A stretch of 64,000 bases of DNA from Camelus dromedarius (lineage: Eukaryota), in the NCBI RefSeq assembly GCF_036321535.1, contig NC_087436.1, positions 27,158,001 to 27,222,000 on the forward strand, read 5' to 3'. Each line of letters starts with the position of its first letter. Positions within the stretch are counted from its first letter, which is position 1. Positions 36,626 to 48,962 of the stretch are shown here, piece after piece. The position numbers and the translations under genes were made by a program. Under the pieces are notes generated by a model that worked only from the letters and a program-made list of their open reading frames with translations, made no database searches and was not told the DNA's origin.

Positions 36626-39600
36626 TGTTTGAATATAATTTAAATACCATCTACAGTCAAATATGTTGACTATATACTGATCCAAATTGATATTTCTAAT
36701 GTCTTAAACACTAAAAAGGAAATTATTCTTAATTTATTCTTTGTATTACATAACTCAAATTTTGTCCCAGTCAAACATCTACCATCATGAAGATTGCATT
36801 TTTGAAACCAAATACAGCTAGATAAAATAAATACTGATAATGAACAAATACCATGTATTGACTGGCATTTATATATTATCATTCCTTTCGGTATTGGAGA
36901 AAAAAATCTTCAAATTAATAATATTCATCTTGTGATCTGTGCAAGAAAGTTGCATAATATATGGTGAATTAATTTAGACATGCTGAAATAAGTAAGAACA
37001 CACAATTTGCAAATAACTGTGGCTTTGGATTTCTTTCTAGATGCTTACATTGTGCACAATCTTACTAAAAATATTTCCACACTCTGTGGAAGGATGCTCA
37101 TACTCAGAAGAGATCCAAAAGCATCTGTGTAGTGATTGAAAAGTAAATAGAGCAGTGGTTTCTTTTGAGTTGATACTGTGCTTCTTTCCATCTGGGACTC
37201 TTAGCTCAATCAAAACAAAAGGATATTTTGGAGAGAGAACGAAAGAATTCATTTGAGCTTTTTCAGATACACTGTCTGCTTCAATCTTTTTCAAGTTTGA
37301 AGTTTCAGATCCCTCCTCCCCTCATCCAAAACTGTTCTAGGGAAACTGTAATTCTTTGTTCCTGTCCCAGAATTTTCTGTTTTTCCAAAATAGTGGTTTA
37401 AATGTTAACAGAGCAAACAAAGCCACCAATCTTAAAGCTAAAATAACAGCCAGTCCTCTCTAGCCTACACTTTGGGATATTAAATTCTAAGTGTCTTGTG
37501 AGCAACTCATTTCAACAACCAATTACTGCTTTCAAGACACCACGAAGACTAAGTAAGAAAGCATCATCCACCTCACATTTCTGAAGTGTATGTGCTCTGT
37601 GTGAGCCAAGCCCCATGAAGCGTTGAACCAAACAACCACAGCAGGTTCCTATCCTCTTGGTTATTCAGCATTAATTTCTTAATGCCTGATTGGGCTTGCT
37701 GATGAGTGGCCTCTATCTCTCAGGTATTCTGCAACATTGATTTCCAGCCTTGGAGTGAATTATTTGTTCGTTTTCTCTTTGCATGATTTAACACAGTTGG
37801 ATTGCTATGAAGAGAAAGGGAGGGAAAGAAATCTCTTGAATAGATGTGCCCTACTTGTGGCTGCTGTTTAGTAATACTGATGTGAATGTATATGTTTTTT
37901 AAAAGACTGCTAAGATTTCTTCCAGCTGCAAAATTCTAATATTTTGCCTTTAACTACCAAATGCTTATAATTAAACATTTTCATACACAACATATGCAGT
38001 TTACAATTAAGATCACTGTACTAAAATATTTTCCATGGATATGAGGTCCCTCCAACCAAATACCATTTTTAAAATTTTACCAGCTGAAATGTTTTATTAA
38101 TGTATTTTTCCAAAACATTTCTTAAGCCAGTTCAAAGGCTCTTTTGCATATTTGCTATTTTATGACTTAGTGCAATAGCTTTGAGCAAAATTGTCATCTT
38201 TTCAATTTCATTTGTATTCTCCTTACTAAAATAACAATGAATGTTCTAAATTTTTGGTTACTACATCTGGACAGCATTTAGGCATCAATAAGCATTTTAA
38301 TATCTGAAAATTGTTGTCAGATAGAAAATTGTTTAGAAATGCAAACGGTACACACAAGAAAACACAGTGTCTATTTCTGAGTCATAACCCTTTGTATTAT
38401 GAATGTTTATATTTTCATTATCCAGTCATCTTATCTAAGTCTTTTTTGCCATTTAAAATACAATTACTTGGTCATATTATATGTATACATATTCTTTTTC
38501 ACTTCAATAAAAATTTATATATAATATACTTTAAAAATTATAATATGTGATCAATATTGTACTTAATTAAAAATTACTTTCTATACTAATATATATAAAC
38601 ATACAAAATATACCTTAAAAAATCTTAAAGATATTTATAAATTAAAAAAAATTTACTTCTGAAAGAAACTCTTTACTGGAAGATGTAATGAATATTGATA
38701 TCAATATTCAATTAGTAATTTTCCCAATGTCTCTCCAAATATAATCCTACTTTCAAATATATCAAATAAGTCCTTAAATGTACACATATATATCTGAGCC
38801 CCAGAAATAGTATAATAATTCGCCTATATTTTATATTTAGGGAATACAGAGTCTATAAATGCAGATAAAATAATTAGAACTTCTAGTTAAACAAAAATGT
38901 AAATTAGCATAATGGCTTCAGACATGTGTCCCCATATCTGAATATTCTTCAAAAAAGTACTAATGTTGGTTTCTAAAGTCAGTGTCAAAACATTAAGTGA
39001 AGTTTCAAAATGTTCCTGATACACAAATTCAACAAATTCATATGTTGTTATAAAGAGATAGAAACTGAATATAATTGGGTATTGTGCTGACCATATTAGA
39101 TGCATTGCATAGTCAACTGATCAACTACTTCTTTTAAATTTCATAAAATATAGTAGTAACTATACCAAAAGATGGAAGAAAGACTGTCTTCTGGTGGACA
39201 TTGTAAACTTAATTCTTAACCTTAAAGCAGGGAAAAATATTATCATGACCTATCAAAAGGATCAGCAAATTGTAAGTTAAGGTTAAGATATTAAAAACCT
39301 CCGCATATTTGACTGTTTTGACTAATTTTGCATATTTTTGTGTCATTTAAACACATCTTATGCAAAAATGTTTAAATGGATATGAATTTTAAATGGCCTA
39401 TTGACATATTTGGGCAATTTTACTTATTCCCCAAAAATATTCATCAATACCCTTGTGAATTCATACCTTGACCCAGTTTTTCTCATGATTAGAACGTCGA
39501 CAATAAGAATATCAACAACATTGTCAATAACAAGAAGCCACTAAAATTAGAAGGACCTTTGTGCTTTTTTATCTGTGAAGGGCATGTGTACGTGGGTGTA

Positions 39601-40830
39601 CAGATGAAAGAGAGAGAGGCTCATAAACAAATCCATCATAGCACAGCACCATAATTACAGATTTATTAAAATGAATTTAATCTTTAATGGTCAGTCAATA
39701 TGCCGAAGAGTAATTCTAATTATCCTGTAAATTGTTTGCATCTGTGACTAATCCTACTGTAATACATCTTTGCCAATCAACTCACACCATTTCTGAATAC
39801 TGCTTATTTATATCTTTGTCACTCTTCAATGTAATTTTACACTATACATGCACATTTTTCTTCTTTGTAATTATTTTTCACCTACCCTACTTATGTAGCT
39901 ATTGCTTTTCTAACAAAAATCATACAAAACTTGAACAGATTTTTATAACCTCTGAAATAAAGTCATATTGTGCTTAGTTAACTCTTGTTTTTAGCTTTGG
40001 AAACATAAGTAGAGGTCACTTATGTATATAACTAAAATCCAAAAATATAATTAAGACATCTATTAAAATGGGAAATATTTGAACATTGTTAAGTCAGCAT
40101 GTAAGGCAACTGAACAACCCAAAACTCTGAAATTCATCATCTTCTACGAGACTTAGCAATGCTTTTTGGAAAGAGAAAGAAAAGGCATTACTTTAGATCA
40201 GCTCTCTAAGGTTCCTTGCAAACCTGAAATTCAAGAAAAGGAGAAGCAAATTACAGTATTAATAAATAAACAAAACTTTCCCGTGGGTACTTCTGCTTTC
40301 ATAAAAGGAGAAAAAAGATAGCTTTGTACCAGGCAAAATAAATCTATAAAGTGCTCTCTTATGCTTATAAAGAATGATGGGAAAAGAAGCCACACCCTTC
40401 AAACTTGCTATTTGCTAAGAGAAAGGCATTTATTTCAAAATTTCTGCCATTTTTTGTATTACTAATAAATAAAGTCTTTATGATCATGAGTAGGGAAATA
40501 AATCATAGTTAAGATCCTTAATAATGTTTGGGATATGTAAAGGAAAGTCCAAGACTATGTTTGCCACAGGGGATAGTGGGACCAGAATAAATTAGTAAAT
40601 CTGGGAGGAACTTTCTACTTCTGGACACAACGGAAGTGAAATAGGTTGAAAGAACAATGAAAAGAATTTCCAAGTTAAACATACTCTATAGTTGGGAGGA
40701 CCACCAGACTTTTAAAAACAAGGATATATATTATTGAATTTTACACTTTTAAAATCAGCTGTTTATGATTATCTGATTCAGCCCTAAGTCTCTGCAAAGT
40801 CTTTCACAGAGAATAAACATTAGAAGTTAT

Positions 40831-40936
40831 GTATGTGTATGTATGACTGAAACATTATGCTGTACACAAGAAATTGACACAACATTGTAAACTGACTATA
40901 CTTCAATTTAAAAAAAAAAAAAAAGGAAGAAAAGAA
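40831..40936 (+). mobile_element. Very short 5'-truncated L1 3' end with poly(A)
   Basis: Matches the reverse complement of the 17388-17797 element end. Poly(A) tail and 9-bp TSD agaagttat at 40822-40830 and 40937-40945. Confidence 0.85.
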
Positions 40937-41803
40937 AGAAGTTATTCTGAAAGGGCTGCATCTAGGGTGGTTTCCGGTGGTGCAGAGAAGTGACAAAAGA
41001 GTTAGTAGATCTGGAAGTAAGCTACAATAAGTATGGGATATTCATCAGAATTGGAAAATTAAAGTAGAATTCCCTCTGAGAAATAGAGGTACTCTGAATA
41101 TCCTTAAAAGTATTGAAAGAAACATGGGCTTTCATTAAAAAAAAAAAAAAAGGAAGGAAGCAGTCTCATGACAATTGAGACGAAGGTAGTGATATTGTCT
41201 TATAATTATAAATCTTCCCTGAGCACCAATAAACATTTCTGATTTCTATCCTGAGTAAGGTGGGTAGAGATTCACCGAGAAGCTACTCAGGAACTTTCAA
41301 ACTTGATTAGTGTTTCCAAATTATGTATTCTTTTAGTTATGACATTCTGGAATAAGGTTGTAAAAATGGCAGCAAAAGAAATTTCAACCCTAGAGAATAT
41401 AGTTAAGACAGTTGTAATTAGTGATAGTTTCAAATGTTAAAGAGTTGTCTGTGAGTTCTAGTTCTATGACCTCTTCTCCAGGCACTGTCTCCACCACTAC
41501 TCTACCTTGCCAAACTGACTCTTCTTAAATCACAAGAATATGCACACTGCTACCTTTGCCTGCATGTCATTGATCAGAGTAAATCACAAGGTAGATAACA
41601 ATGTTGGAAAGAGTACTCCTTCTATGGTGGTGCAAAGGCATCCTTGGTGAACGACTGTCTAGTCTATCTCCAATAGAATGTGGGTTTGGGGATTTCCTTT
41701 TAACAGTGGAGAGCCTATACATTTTATTGGCATATTTGATTTTGTGTCTTCTTGAAGTTTGAAATTTCAGGAGGAGCTCTCATATCATTAGCTTATTTAC
41801 TCC

Positions 41804-42167
41804 TGTTACTGGGAAAAGGGGAATAAGAAGTACCTCAGTTCTTAGTCACCTGAAAAAAAAGAATTTTTGATGAGAGACAAAAAGCGTGATATAAGCAAGA
41901 TTTTTGTTAGTGAAGTAAAAAAAAAAAAATAATGAAAGATAGTACACTCCCGAGAATTGGGAGCGGGCCAATCCGAGAGAGGGAAAACGGTGCTGTTCCC
42001 TCATTTATCCTGTTTTTATATCCTGGTTTCATGATTGATTAATTGATTGACAGCTCAGTTTCCTTGTGCTCTGGTTAATTGACAGCACAGGTTCCCTGTG
42101 TTCTGGATTGTTCCTTTCCCCTTCCTCTCTCCCTGCCCAGTGCTATTTCTATCTAAACTACCTAACA
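41804..42167 (-). mobile_element. Young ERV1-class solo LTR (LTR-B copy 2, 364 bp)
   Basis: Reverse complement aligns end to end with 19563-19932. TGTTA...TAACA ends. Perfect 4-bp TSD CTCC at 41800-41803 and 42168-42171. Confidence 0.92.
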
Positions 42168-42569
42168 CTCCCAAGACCCATTCAGACAGATTAGAGATAC
42201 TTATTTATTCACTTTCAGGGAGAAACATTTTTGCTTAATTGTTGTATCATAATTTGTATTGTTGTCTGTGACATCTAAATATAAATTTTAATGTGCACAT
42301 ACTTAATATCTATCTCTCTAAATGGTTAATATGACTCTATTTCCCCTTTTCCTGAAAGAGATATCCTTTAAATTTTTTTCTAAGAAAATTTCCACTCATA
42401 GGCCAATACCTATATTCATTTTGCTAATAATCTCAAGTTCAGATGAATACAGAGAGTGTTCAGAAAATTCTTATTGAAACAAAAATATATCGATCTTACT
42501 TATACCACTAATATGAGTTATTATTACAAGAATAAATATACACATGCTCAGGATAACATAGATTGCCGT

Positions 42570-42760
42570 AGGCACTAAATCACAGATCTGAATTTACTCC
42601 TGTTCCTGTAGCTAAATTTTGACCTATGTAAGGCAACATAGAGTTCTCAACAGTTAGTTGCCTCCATGTATCTAATTGTAATAAAAATATCTTTTATATT
42701 ATTGTCATGAGGAAAGAAAAGAAAGATGTGAAGTTCTTAGCTCAGCACCTGACACAGGTG
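42570..42760 (+). mobile_element. MIR
   Basis: cacagatctgaattt...gacctatgtaaggcaac...atgtgaagttcttagctcagcacctgacaca. Confidence 0.55.
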
Positions 42761-42804
42761 AATGGTGATGCTGGCTTGCCTGGTCATGGTTATCATAATG
42801 ATAA

Positions 42805-43010
42805 CAATTAGCGTTTATTGATTCCTTAACTTTTGTCAGATACTCTCTGAAGCAACTCTAAGTTAGTTTCTTTGATGCATCCACTCTCCTCTCAATAAAA
42901 CAAACAAAAATTCCTAGGTAGGTACTACTATTAGCCCCAAATTATAAACAAACAGGCACAACAGAGTTAATTGGCCCAGTTTACACAGCTACTTAGTGGT
43001 GTAAGTGGGT
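42805..43010 (-). mobile_element. MIR
   Basis: aggtaggtactactattagcccc...aacaggcacaacagagttaattggccc...acacagcta. Confidence 0.55.
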
Positions 43011-44285
43011 TCCCTGAAAGCCCTCATTAAAATTTCTCCAGGCACGGAGTGTGAATATTTAGCTCAGGAACAGCCACTACTCTAAAAGAATATAATTCTG
43101 TTAATTAACACTATTGTATAACTAGTAACTAACTCACAAGATCTAGCCAACCCCATTTATACTCTGCATTTGGACTAGTTCCAGGTGGGATTTTGTATTC
43201 AGATTGCGTGTGGAATGGTGAAAGAAAGTCAGTTTGGTCATGACTAAGGGCAGGAGCATCAGTGCTCTCATATTTTAAAACAATGCTCTCTAGTCATTGA
43301 TTTTAGGTGGAGCTGATGTACCCCATGATCACTTTTAAATTAGGAAGGTTTCTGGTGGGGAAAAAAAAAGTTGAAAGAGTTTTTTTTTTTTTTTTAAGAG
43401 GTGGAATGTTTATGGAATTATTCTGTACGTGTTAAAAGGACTGGAAAAGAAAATGAGCAAGTCAATGATGTCTATTCCCAGAAAGTGATATTTTTTTTTT
43501 CCAGATAATCAGACAGTTCTGGGTGGCAGGCATCACTTGCTGAAGTTTGCAAAGGAAATGAATCTGTGTTATCTACCAAGGCAACTACATCCTTGGAAGG
43601 AATATTTCTCCTGTTTGTCTCACTTTATTCTTACTCCTTGGGATTATTTACAAAAAAAAAAAAAAAAAAAAAAAAAGCTACCTATACCTGAATTAGGCGT
43701 TATTTTAGAAGAACATGAACTAAATCAAAGGATTGTGTGTTTACTAGGGTAACTAGTGACTCTTTTTATTTTTTATTTTGTTTTTTGTTCAAGAACAAAA
43801 TGAAAACTTTTATACCTTATTATCACTAATTTTGTTTTCTAGTTTTTAATCTCAACTTCATATACCAGTAAGTACATGTAAATTATTTTTTCTACTAAAT
43901 ATCCTTCATTTCAATACTTGACATGCTAAAAATAGAAAATACTGGGATACATTTATATATACCCTCTTCATTTCTCCACCCCTTTGCCAGCTTTCCATAT
44001 GCTTGCTTGTTCTATTGAAGTATAATTGTTACATGGCCTTTATCTGAACCTTCTTCTGTGCCTTTAAAGCACAGAAGAATTTCATACAATGGCTGACATG
44101 TTTGTGGTATTCTAAAGATGCTTTCTTCAATAGGCAATGTTGTAACTTTTCAAAGAAAACATATACTTCCAATATTTGGCTTCTGTACTTTTTAGGTGGG
44201 AATTGTCATCTGTTGGTCAGATTTGTCATTGGTCATATATAGAGATGACAAACATGTGCAAAGCACATAATACATTATTCTACAT

Positions 44286-44513
44286 CAATAGTTGGCAAAC
44301 TATGGTGTATGGACCAAATCTGGTCTGCCACTGTTTTTGAAAAAAGAAGTATTTTGATATAGCCACACCCATTTGATTATATGTTGTCCACAGCTGCTTT
44401 CACACTTCCGCACTACAAAAGCAGATTTGGGTAGTGGTGACAGAGACAGTGTGGCATGAAAGCTGAACATATTTACTATCCAGTCTTTTAAAGAAAATGT
44501 TTGCTGGCCTCTC
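44286..44513 (+). mobile_element. MER58A-like hAT-Charlie MITE
   Basis: gttggcaaactatgg...ccaaatctgg...atatttactatc...aaaatgtttgctg. 8-bp TSD-like ttctaca[t/c] at 44278-44285 and 44514-44521. Confidence 0.85.
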
Positions 44514-44760
44514 TTCTACACTGTAACTCTGAAATCTCTTTTGTTCTTCATTTTGCTTCTACCTGTCAGTTTTTATGTTATATCACAGAGAGTTGTGGAT
44601 TTATATCTTATTATTCCAATGGGAAAACATAGGATCACCTTATCTTTAATAATAACTTCCCAGGAATGGAAACCTTTGAAGCATATATGAATCAGAAGAC
44701 ATTCCAAACAGGAGTGAACTGTGGCTGCTTAATTATGTTTGCAAGTTTCACTAGCCTTGC

Positions 44761-45218
44761 TGTAGCAGCTCTGTGAATGCTCTGATGAGATCTCTCAGGA
44801 GAGAACTTGCTTCTAGGTGTATTTTTAGCTGACGCACTATACGTGCTACATATTCGGGATCCAACACAGCGTATAAGCCAAGCCCAGGCTCTCTTGGGCT
44901 TGCTCCCAGTCAATGACTGAAATTACCTGGGTACTACAGTGGGTCTCCTCTATAGATAATCTTTGCTCTGGGACTCCTCTTGGGATTGGATGAATGTTCT
45001 TCAGAATTTCATTGCAGTCTCAGTCTCTTCCTGTCCAGCACTCTTGACCTCCCTCTGACCTTTTACAGGAGCCAGACATACATTGTTTTTGGAGAGCTCT
45101 CTCTGCCTAGCCCTGCTTCCTTTTCCCCTTTATCTACGGAAGCCTTTTCTCTCAATATATATCTTGCCTGTGTAATACTGTCTTGACATCTATTTTTGGA
45201 GAACTCAAGCTTAGATAC
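44761..45218 (+). mobile_element. LTR16-like ERVL LTR
   Basis: tgtagcag start; ggagagctctctctgcctagccctgcttcc and ctgtcttgacatctatttttggagaac near the end. Confidence 0.6.
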
Positions 45219-45367
45219 CTGCTCTGTCTCCATTTGTTATATGTTATCATTGCACTCAAAACAAATGAACAAATGAAAACAAAAGGAAAGTTATAAATAA
45301 TATCAAACTAAAGCATATGTGGAGAGTGAGAGTGTCTGAACATTATCAGATTATAACTTGGAAAATC

Positions 45368-45856
45368 TGTTGGGAGATTATTTCCATTAGTCTCTTGTGT
45401 TGCTATACATCTTATAAACAGAGACTTTACTCTGGTACATTTTTCAGAACAACATTTTCAAGGTGGAAAATAGGAGCAGTTTCTTCATGTTGGGCAGACA
45501 GCAGATCTGATTGCTGTCCAAGATAGTAAAATAATCTGTCCCTCCAGGGCAAACTTTAGGCAGGCTTCTAGTAGATTCTTTAAAGGATGGGGGTTTCCTT
45601 AGTTTATATTTCTTAGTTTTGTGTAACAAACCACCTGTGTGGGCAGCATTTACCTGTGTGTCTCCACATCACCCCCTAAGACAGAGAACAAAAGGAACTA
45701 ATGTAAACATGCAGCTCATGCTCTCTGCTGTGCCACGAAGAACAAAATCTTTTGTCTCTGCCCCAGGCACCTCTTCTTCTGCAGCCATGAACCTGGGACA
45801 GACTAACTTTTTAGTATACAAATGGCAAAATCTCAAACCCTTTCCAATTCTTGAAA
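45368..45856 (+). mobile_element. LTR40-like ERVL LTR
   Basis: tgttgggaga...gtctcttgtgtt start; gctcatgctctctgctgtgcca...tttgtctctg; aaaatctcaaaccctt...ttcttga end. Confidence 0.7.
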
Positions 45857-47514
45857 AAGTCTAATCAACAAATTTAAAGAAATATTTTAAAAATATGTTG
45901 CAAAATGATTGAATGTGGAATAAATAACCATTAAACCTCCTTTCCCCAAATACAAGTTTTGCTATCTTACCTCTGTGATAAGGCAATTACTCTTTTATTG
46001 CAAATTATACTTTAAAATTAGACAGACTTGTGAAAGCAATTTTGGGTTGCTACTTGAAAATTCAGAAAGGAAAGAAAAAAATATTTGCCAGCAAATCTAT
46101 GAAGATATCACTTAGTTAGGATTTCAAAATATGTTTATCAAGCAGTGTCCCACTGATTTATGTAAATAGATCACTGAAGTATTTTTATTCCTTCAAAATC
46201 CACACCATTACTTTAGATGGAAGCAGATCTGTGGTCTAAATTATGGCTCTATCAGGCACTGGAGAAATGAATGACAGGACTAAGCACCTCATGTAGGAGT
46301 CTCCTCGATTACCCTTCAGCAGTCTAGCTGTCTGTATGTTCAGCTCATCTTCACCTATGATGATTATTTTATGCTAATAAAGTAATATTATGTAGTTTTT
46401 ACCAAGATAGGAATAAGCAAAATGAGCCTGGAGAGGACTCTGCAGCTGTGTGGATTGACTGTATATGGTCCTTGGGGGATGTGATTATCAGACGACTGAA
46501 TCATCATTAGGATAATTGGTGTACTTGGCAACTGCATTAGTGGAATTATTGTCATTGCTCACAGCTTGTCAGTGCAGCATTTTTTGATTTGGTAAGATTC
46601 ATTTTTACAAATGCAACTGACCATACGAATGAAATCAAGAGAAGTAAATATTTCCATTCAGTCCGTTACAGAAGTAATCAATGAAAAGTGAATATATTTA
46701 AGCCTAAAGGGATATTATCTGAAATTAAATGGTTAACTTGCAACTCTCCTGGATGTCAATTTAAATAATTAAAACTAAATATATTATTGTTTATAAACAG
46801 ATTATCTGTTTAAGTTAATTTTCAGTATTCTTTGTGAGTCAGTTCTTAAAAGATAAATGCTGTGGCCATTCTTGTATATATGTCTTAGTTATTACTTTGT
46901 GTGATACTCTTTGGGCCTGCCATGACTATTCACAAGTGGCTTCTACTCTACAGGTCCTATTTTGGAAGAAATCATATCTTGAAAAAGTACAAAAGAACTA
47001 CTCACATACAGTCAGTGTGCTCAGTGATGCTGCTTGTTTGTTAAAAAAAGCTGAATCTCTGATAATTCTGATGATCCATCCACATGGAGCACCGACTGTT
47101 CAGGTGTGGCAAAGTCATCTGTTCTACCCTAGAGAATGACAGTTTTGATCCAATTGATGTTTATGATTATTTTCCTTAGATTGAACCTGAAAGCACAAAG
47201 CTGGCCTATTTATCACTAGCTTTGCTTCTCTCATGGGATTGGTTGGATGAGTACACACTATATGGAAACTCCGTCTTTTCAACTTCTCTTCTCACCAAGT
47301 TTATCTACCTTTTCTCAGTAAGAAACTGAAGGAGCAAGTGTTTGTCCTCACTGAAACAGTATGAAATACTGCTAGAAGTCTAATTATTTTTTGTAGTGTG
47401 CATTTGGGTCTTACATTGTTTTCTGGACCCTCTTTTCTCCTTTTTTTTTTCCCCATTTTTCCTGTCTGCATAAGTGTAGTCAGTCTTGGCAAAAGTCATA
47501 GAGCTGACTTGTGT

Positions 47515-48962
47515 TTAAGAATACAGGAAATGGCAAGAAGCTCCTTGACATTGGTCTTGGCAATTATTTTTTTGGATATGACACCAAAAGTAAAAATAAC
47601 AAAAGCAACAATCAAAAAATGGGACTATATCAAACTTAAAAGTTTCTGCACAGGAAAATAGACAATTAACAAAATAAGAGAGCAAACAGCAGAATGGAGA
47701 AACCTTTTGCAAATCATATTTCATCTAAGGGGTTGATAATCAAAATATGTAAAGATCTTATACAGCTCAATAACAACAACAACAAAATCTAATTAAAAAA
47801 TGAGCAGAAGAACTAAACAGACATATTTCCAAAGATGACATCCAAATGCCCAACAGATACATGAAAAGATGCTCAACATTGCAGTCATCAGGGAAATGCA
47901 CATTAAAACAATGAGATACCACCTCATACCTGTTAGAATGGCTATCATTAAGAAGACAAGATGACAAATATTGGTGAGAACGTGGAAAAGAGAAGACTTG
48001 TACGCTGTGGGTGGGAATGTAAATTGGTGCAGCCACTATGGAAAACAATATGGAGGTTCCTCAAACAATTAAAAATAGAACTACCATATGATCCATCAGT
48101 TTCACTTCTGGGCCTATATATATTCAAGAAAATGAAAACAGGGTAGAGATATGAATTCCCATGTTTATTGCAGCATTTTTGACAATAGCTAAGATATGGA
48201 AACAGCCTAAATGCCCATCAACAGAGTGGATAAAGAAGATGTGGTGTACATCTATCTTAGACCATGAACAACATAGGGATTAGAGGTTCCAACTCTCCCC
48301 ACAGTGGAAAAATCTAGTATGACTTCAGCCCTCCATTTTCATGGTTCCATATTCAAACTTGGATCATGTAGTACATTATTATGGACATGTTTTGTGAAAG
48401 AAATCCTCTTATAAGTGGACTCAGGCAGTTCAAACCCATGTTGTTCAAGGGTCCACTGCATATACATGGGAATATTATTCAGCCATGAGAAAGAAAGACA
48501 TCTTGCCATTCCCAAGGATGGATGGATGGATCCATGGATGGATCTTGAGCAGTTTATGGTGAGATAAGTCAAACAAATAAACATAAATACTTTATGATAT
48601 AACTTATTTGTGGAATCTAAAAATGCCAAACTCATAAAAAACAGAGTGTAAAATGGTAGTTACCAGGGGATGGGTGGACAAGACAGGTGCTTTTTAAGTG
48701 TACAGAATTGCAGCAGATAGTAAATAGGTCCTGGAGATCTAATAAACTGTATCATGAATATAGATAACAGTACTGTATTATAATCACCAATACTAGAACT
48801 TAATTGATTTCAACCACTGAAAAGAAATGATAATTATGTAATGCAATAGAGGTACGAATTATCACTATAATGGCAACCACATTACAATATATTAATATAT
48901 CAAATTAACATGTTTTACCCCTTATATTTACACAATGTTATATGTCAAATACATTTTAAAAA
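47515..48962 (+). mobile_element. L1 3' fragment (ORF2 C-terminus plus 3' UTR), non-coding
   Basis: ORF2 remnants TKATIKKWDYIKLKSFCTGK and [30 protein letters not shown]1MA-type 3' UTR. Confidence 0.9.
48253..48458. mobile_element. Tigger2-derived MITE (MER8-like) inserted in L1
   Basis: Right terminus cagttcaaacccatgttgttcaagggtccactg; left terminus degraded (gaccatgaacaac). Homologous to 59456-59674. Confidence 0.8.

Noticed and set aside
37041..37142. Plus-strand exon candidate after tttctttctag
   Set aside because: Stops in all three frames and a weak donor.
19563..42167. Two LTR-B copies as the ends of one provirus or of a large transposon
   Set aside because: Inverted orientation, a different complete TSD on each copy, and no PBS or gag/pol/env between them. 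The TTAA TSD is coincidental, not piggyBac.
47398..48146. L1 ORF2-like peptides as functional CDS (also 31-33 kb and 58-61 kb)
   Set aside because: Frameshifted, stop-ridden and truncated; the RT catalytic DD motif is lost in the 59.9-kb remnant.
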